A DNA stretch of 64,000 nucleotides from Verrucomicrobiota bacterium. Lineage in GTDB: Bacteria > Verrucomicrobiota > Kiritimatiellia > CAIVKH01. The stretch covers positions 3,386 through 67,385 of the forward strand of contig JACKPT010000015.1 of assembly GCA_024233345.1 (NCBI GenBank), read 5' to 3'. Positions 61,980 to 64,000 of this stretch are shown one piece after another (positions within the stretch are counted from its first letter, which is position 1; each line of letters begins with the position of its first letter). A model generated the notes under the pieces. The model was not told the DNA's origin. It was given only the letters and a program-made list of their open reading frames with translations, and made no database searches. Position numbers and translations under genes: made by a program.

Positions 61980-62131
61980 GGCCGCGCGGGTGGCCCGGGC
62001 CTGGGGCTCCTGCCCACGGAACCGCAGGTCGATCTTGTCGGCGCGGCTGCGCTGCCGCTTCATCCCGATGTGTGCCCGGGGGTGTTTCCTTTCTTGTTCA
62101 GAGCCATGCGGATGCATAGACTGGGTCCGCT

Positions 62132-63526
62132 ATGACAACCATGAGCTATATCAGTACCCGGGGCGGATCGGCGCCGATGGGCTTTCAGCAGGCGGTGATG
62201 ACCGGGTTGGCGGAGGACGGAGGACTGTTGGTCCCGTGCTCGCTTCCGGATGTTCGGGACCGGTTGGAGGTCTGGCGCAGCCTTGCCTATCCGGACTTGG
62301 CGTATGAAGTACTCCGGCTGTTCACGGACTTGCCCGATGCCGATCTGCGGGCGCTGGTGGACCGCAGTTACCGGGTTTTCCGGGTTCCCGAAGTGGTGCC
62401 GGTGGTCCCGGTTGGGAAAGTGCATGTGGTGGAGCTGTTTCATGGTCCGACCCTGGCCTTTAAGGACATTGCCCTTCAGTTTCTGAGCAACTGTTTTGAA
62501 TACATTCTCGAACGGGAGAACGGGGAGTTAAATATTCTGGGGGCAACCAGCGGTGATACCGGGAGTGCGGCCATTCACGGGGTCCGGGGCCGCGAACGGA
62601 TTCGCATCTTCATCATGCATCCCAAGGGACGAGTTTCCCCGTTGCAGGAGCGGCAGATGACTTCGGTGCTGGACGACAATGTCTTCAATCTTGCCGTCGA
62701 GGGCACATTCGATGATTGCCAGAGCATCATGAAGTCGTTGTTTGAGGATGTACCCTTCAAGCAGACTCATTCCCTCGGGGCGATCAACTCCGTGAACTGG
62801 GCCCGGGTGCTCGCGCAAATTGTGTATTTTTTCTATGCCGGCCTCCGGGTTCTGGAGCAAACCGGCGCGTCGAGGGTTCGCTTTTCGGTTCCGACCGGAA
62901 ATTTCGGGGATATTCTGGCCGGATACTATGCAGCTCGCATGGGACTGCCGGTGGGTAAGTTGATTCTTGCCACCAATGAAAATGATATACTGACCAGGTT
63001 TTTCACCACCGGGGTTTATGCCAAGGGGACGGTGGTGCCCACCATCAGTCCCTCGATGGATATTCAGGTAGCCAGCAATTTTGAGCGGTATCTTTTTGAC
63101 CGGGTGGGGAGGAATCCTGAAGTGCTGCGAGCGATGATGGCGGATTTCAAGATCTCAGGCCGGTTGTCGGTTCCGGTGGGGGAAGGAGGCGAGGTGGACC
63201 CTCTGTTTTTTGCCGGAACCGGCACGACCCGTGACACCCTGGACACCATCCGGCACACTTATCGCGAGTCAGGATATCTGCTGGATCCCCATACCGCGGT
63301 GGGCGTCTCGGTGGCCTCCCGGTGTTTCCGTGACGATGAGCCGATGTTATGTCTGGCAACTGCGCATCCGGCCAAATTCAATCAGGCCATTGAAGACGCC
63401 CTCGGCGAGGATCTGGCGCACCATCCGATACTGGATCAACTCAAAGAGGCCGAGACCCGGTGTGACTGCCTGCCTGCGGATGTCGATGCGGTCCGTGCCT
63501 ACGTACAGGAACACTGCACTCCCTGA
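62132..63526 (+). CDS. thrC: Threonine synthase (long form)
   Basis: Contains MSYISTRGG, the PLP-lysine context FHGPTLAFKDIALQ, and GATSGDTGSAA. 464 aa. Confidence 0.92.
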   Translation: MTTMSYISTRGGSAPMGFQQAVMTGLAEDGGLLVPCSLPDVRDRLEVWRSLAYPDLAYEVLRLFTDLPDADLRALVDRSYRVFRVPEVVPVVPVGKVHVVELFHGPTLAFKDIALQFLSNCFEYILERENGELNILGATSGDTGSAAIHGVRGRERIRIFIMHPKGRVSPLQERQMTSVLDDNVFNLAVEGTFDDCQSIMKSLFEDVPFKQTHSLGAINSVNWARVLAQIVYFFYAGLRVLEQTGASRVRFSVPTGNFGDILAGYYAARMGLPVGKLILATNENDILTRFFTTGVYAKGTVVPTISPSMDIQVASNFERYLFDRVGRNPEVLRAMMADFKISGRLSVPVGEGGEVDPLFFAGTGTTRDTLDTIRHTYRESGYLLDPHTAVGVSVASRCFRDDEPMLCLATAHPAKFNQAIEDALGEDLAHHPILDQLKEAETRCDCLPADVDAVRAYVQEHCTP

Positions 63527-63531
63527 ATGCC

Positions 63532-64000
63532 ATGTATCGTCTGACCATTCTTGAAGGCTCCCTGGCCGGCCACTCGTTTGCGATTGGGCAGGGGGACTTT
63601 GTCATCGGCAGCGCCGAGGGCAGCGACCTCAGACTGTCAGAGCCAGGGATCGCCACGCGCCATGCGTCGATTCTGGTCAAGGACGACGATGTCATTCTCC
63701 TCAACGAATCGGCGGAGCAACCGGTGCGGGTCCATGATCATCCGGTCAAGGTGCATCATCTGCATCATGGTGACATCCTGATCGTGGGCAGTTTACGCGT
63801 GTTGTTTCACCGGGTTGAGCCCCCGCCCGCGGCGACCGAGAAGCGGGTGATCAGCCTGGTCCAGGTCGGGGCCGTGTTGATGGCTCTGGTTGTTCTCGCG
63901 ATTCAGGTAGGTTTTCTGATCGGGTTCCCGCTCTGGCAGGGCGCGGTTTCCCATCGTCCCCCGGTGGTTGTCACGGAGGAGCCGGAGGTCGTGGCGGTGG
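63532..64000 (+). CDS. FHA-domain protein with a downstream TM segment (3' end runs off the window)
   Basis: Absent from the ORF track because there is no stop in the window. My translation from ATG 63532 gives MYRLTILEGSLAGHSFAIGQGDFVIGSAEGSDLRLSEPGIATRHASILVKDDDVILLNES...GDILIVGSLRVLF, then the hydrophobic stretch LVQVGAVLMALVVLAIQVGFLIGF. Confidence 0.7.
   Translation, partial: MYRLTILEGSLAGHSFAIGQGDFVIGSAEGSDLRLSEPGIATRHASILVKDDDVILLNESAEQPVRVHDHPVKVHHLHHGDILIVGSLRVLFHRVEPPPAATEKRVISLVQVGAVLMALVVLAIQVGFLIGFPLWQGAVSHRPPVVVTEEPEVVAV

Noticed and set aside
24901-62117. Long antisense ORFs, for example 24901-26298 (-), 27971-29575 (-), 51243-53783 (-), 56922-58529 (-), 58698-60128 (-) and 60651-62117 (-). 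Also 7484-8314 (-), 15095-16030 (-) and 16107-17093 (-).
   Set aside because: Each lies opposite a gene with strong family motifs (pilB, pilB', the giant S8 protein, glgC, zwf, murC, ddl). Their translations are Gly/Arg/Pro/His-rich with no recognisable motifs, which is the usual artefact of high-GC DNA.
1-64000. tRNA, rRNA or other known structured RNA genes, and prophage or defence-system signatures (restriction-modification, CBASS, retrons, Cas).
   Set aside because: I saw no cloverleaf-like or rRNA-like conserved stretches in the intergenic regions. I recognised no reverse transcriptase, cyclase, nuclease/helicase or methyltransferase-specificity modules among the ORFs. The only defence-flavoured gene is the isolated NTase-fold ORF.

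Overview
This is a GC-rich bacterial chromosome segment. It probably comes from a PVC-group organism (Verrucomicrobia, Kiritimatiellae or Lentisphaerae-like). I infer that only from the AFTLIELLVVIAIIAILAGLLLP-type prepilin N-termini, the FGE-sulfatase paralogs and the gene content.

Layout:
- 1-19.4 kb, housekeeping: partial OprO/P-like porin, two FGE-family paralogs, gcvT, malQ, zwf-pgl-chrA, a LysM lipoprotein, ogt-murG-murC-ddl, a cupin, a family-4 UDG and rluD.
- 19.4-22.6 kb, mobile-element patch: an IS200-like/RAYT Y1 transposase sits between two ~240-bp structured direct repeats. An IS1634-family element is inserted ~25 bp upstream of its start codon.
- 22.6-25 kb: ctpA and tsaD.
- 25-39.2 kb, type IV filament / T2SS-like locus: pilB-pilT-pilB'-pilC, three GspG-like pseudopilins, and a four-gene minor-pseudopilin cassette ending in a 714-aa GspK-like protein. 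Small cassettes (a four-helix-bundle gene and an NTase-fold gene) interrupt it, each embedded in mosaic low-complexity repeats.
- 39.7-59.5 kb: three large secreted proteins. These are a 1253-aa lamin-tail-domain protein, an 807-aa propeller + TSP3 protein, and a 3876-aa subtilase-containing giant. All three share a C-terminal ~80-aa module.
- 59.7-64 kb: a lipoprotein, glgC, thrC and a partial FHA protein.

I saw no rRNA, tRNA or CRISPR. The most interesting signals are the mosaic intergenic repeat family, the RAYT repeats (one distant copy shows compensatory stem changes), and the shared C-terminal module that links the giant proteins to the secretin-less pilus/T2SS-like locus.
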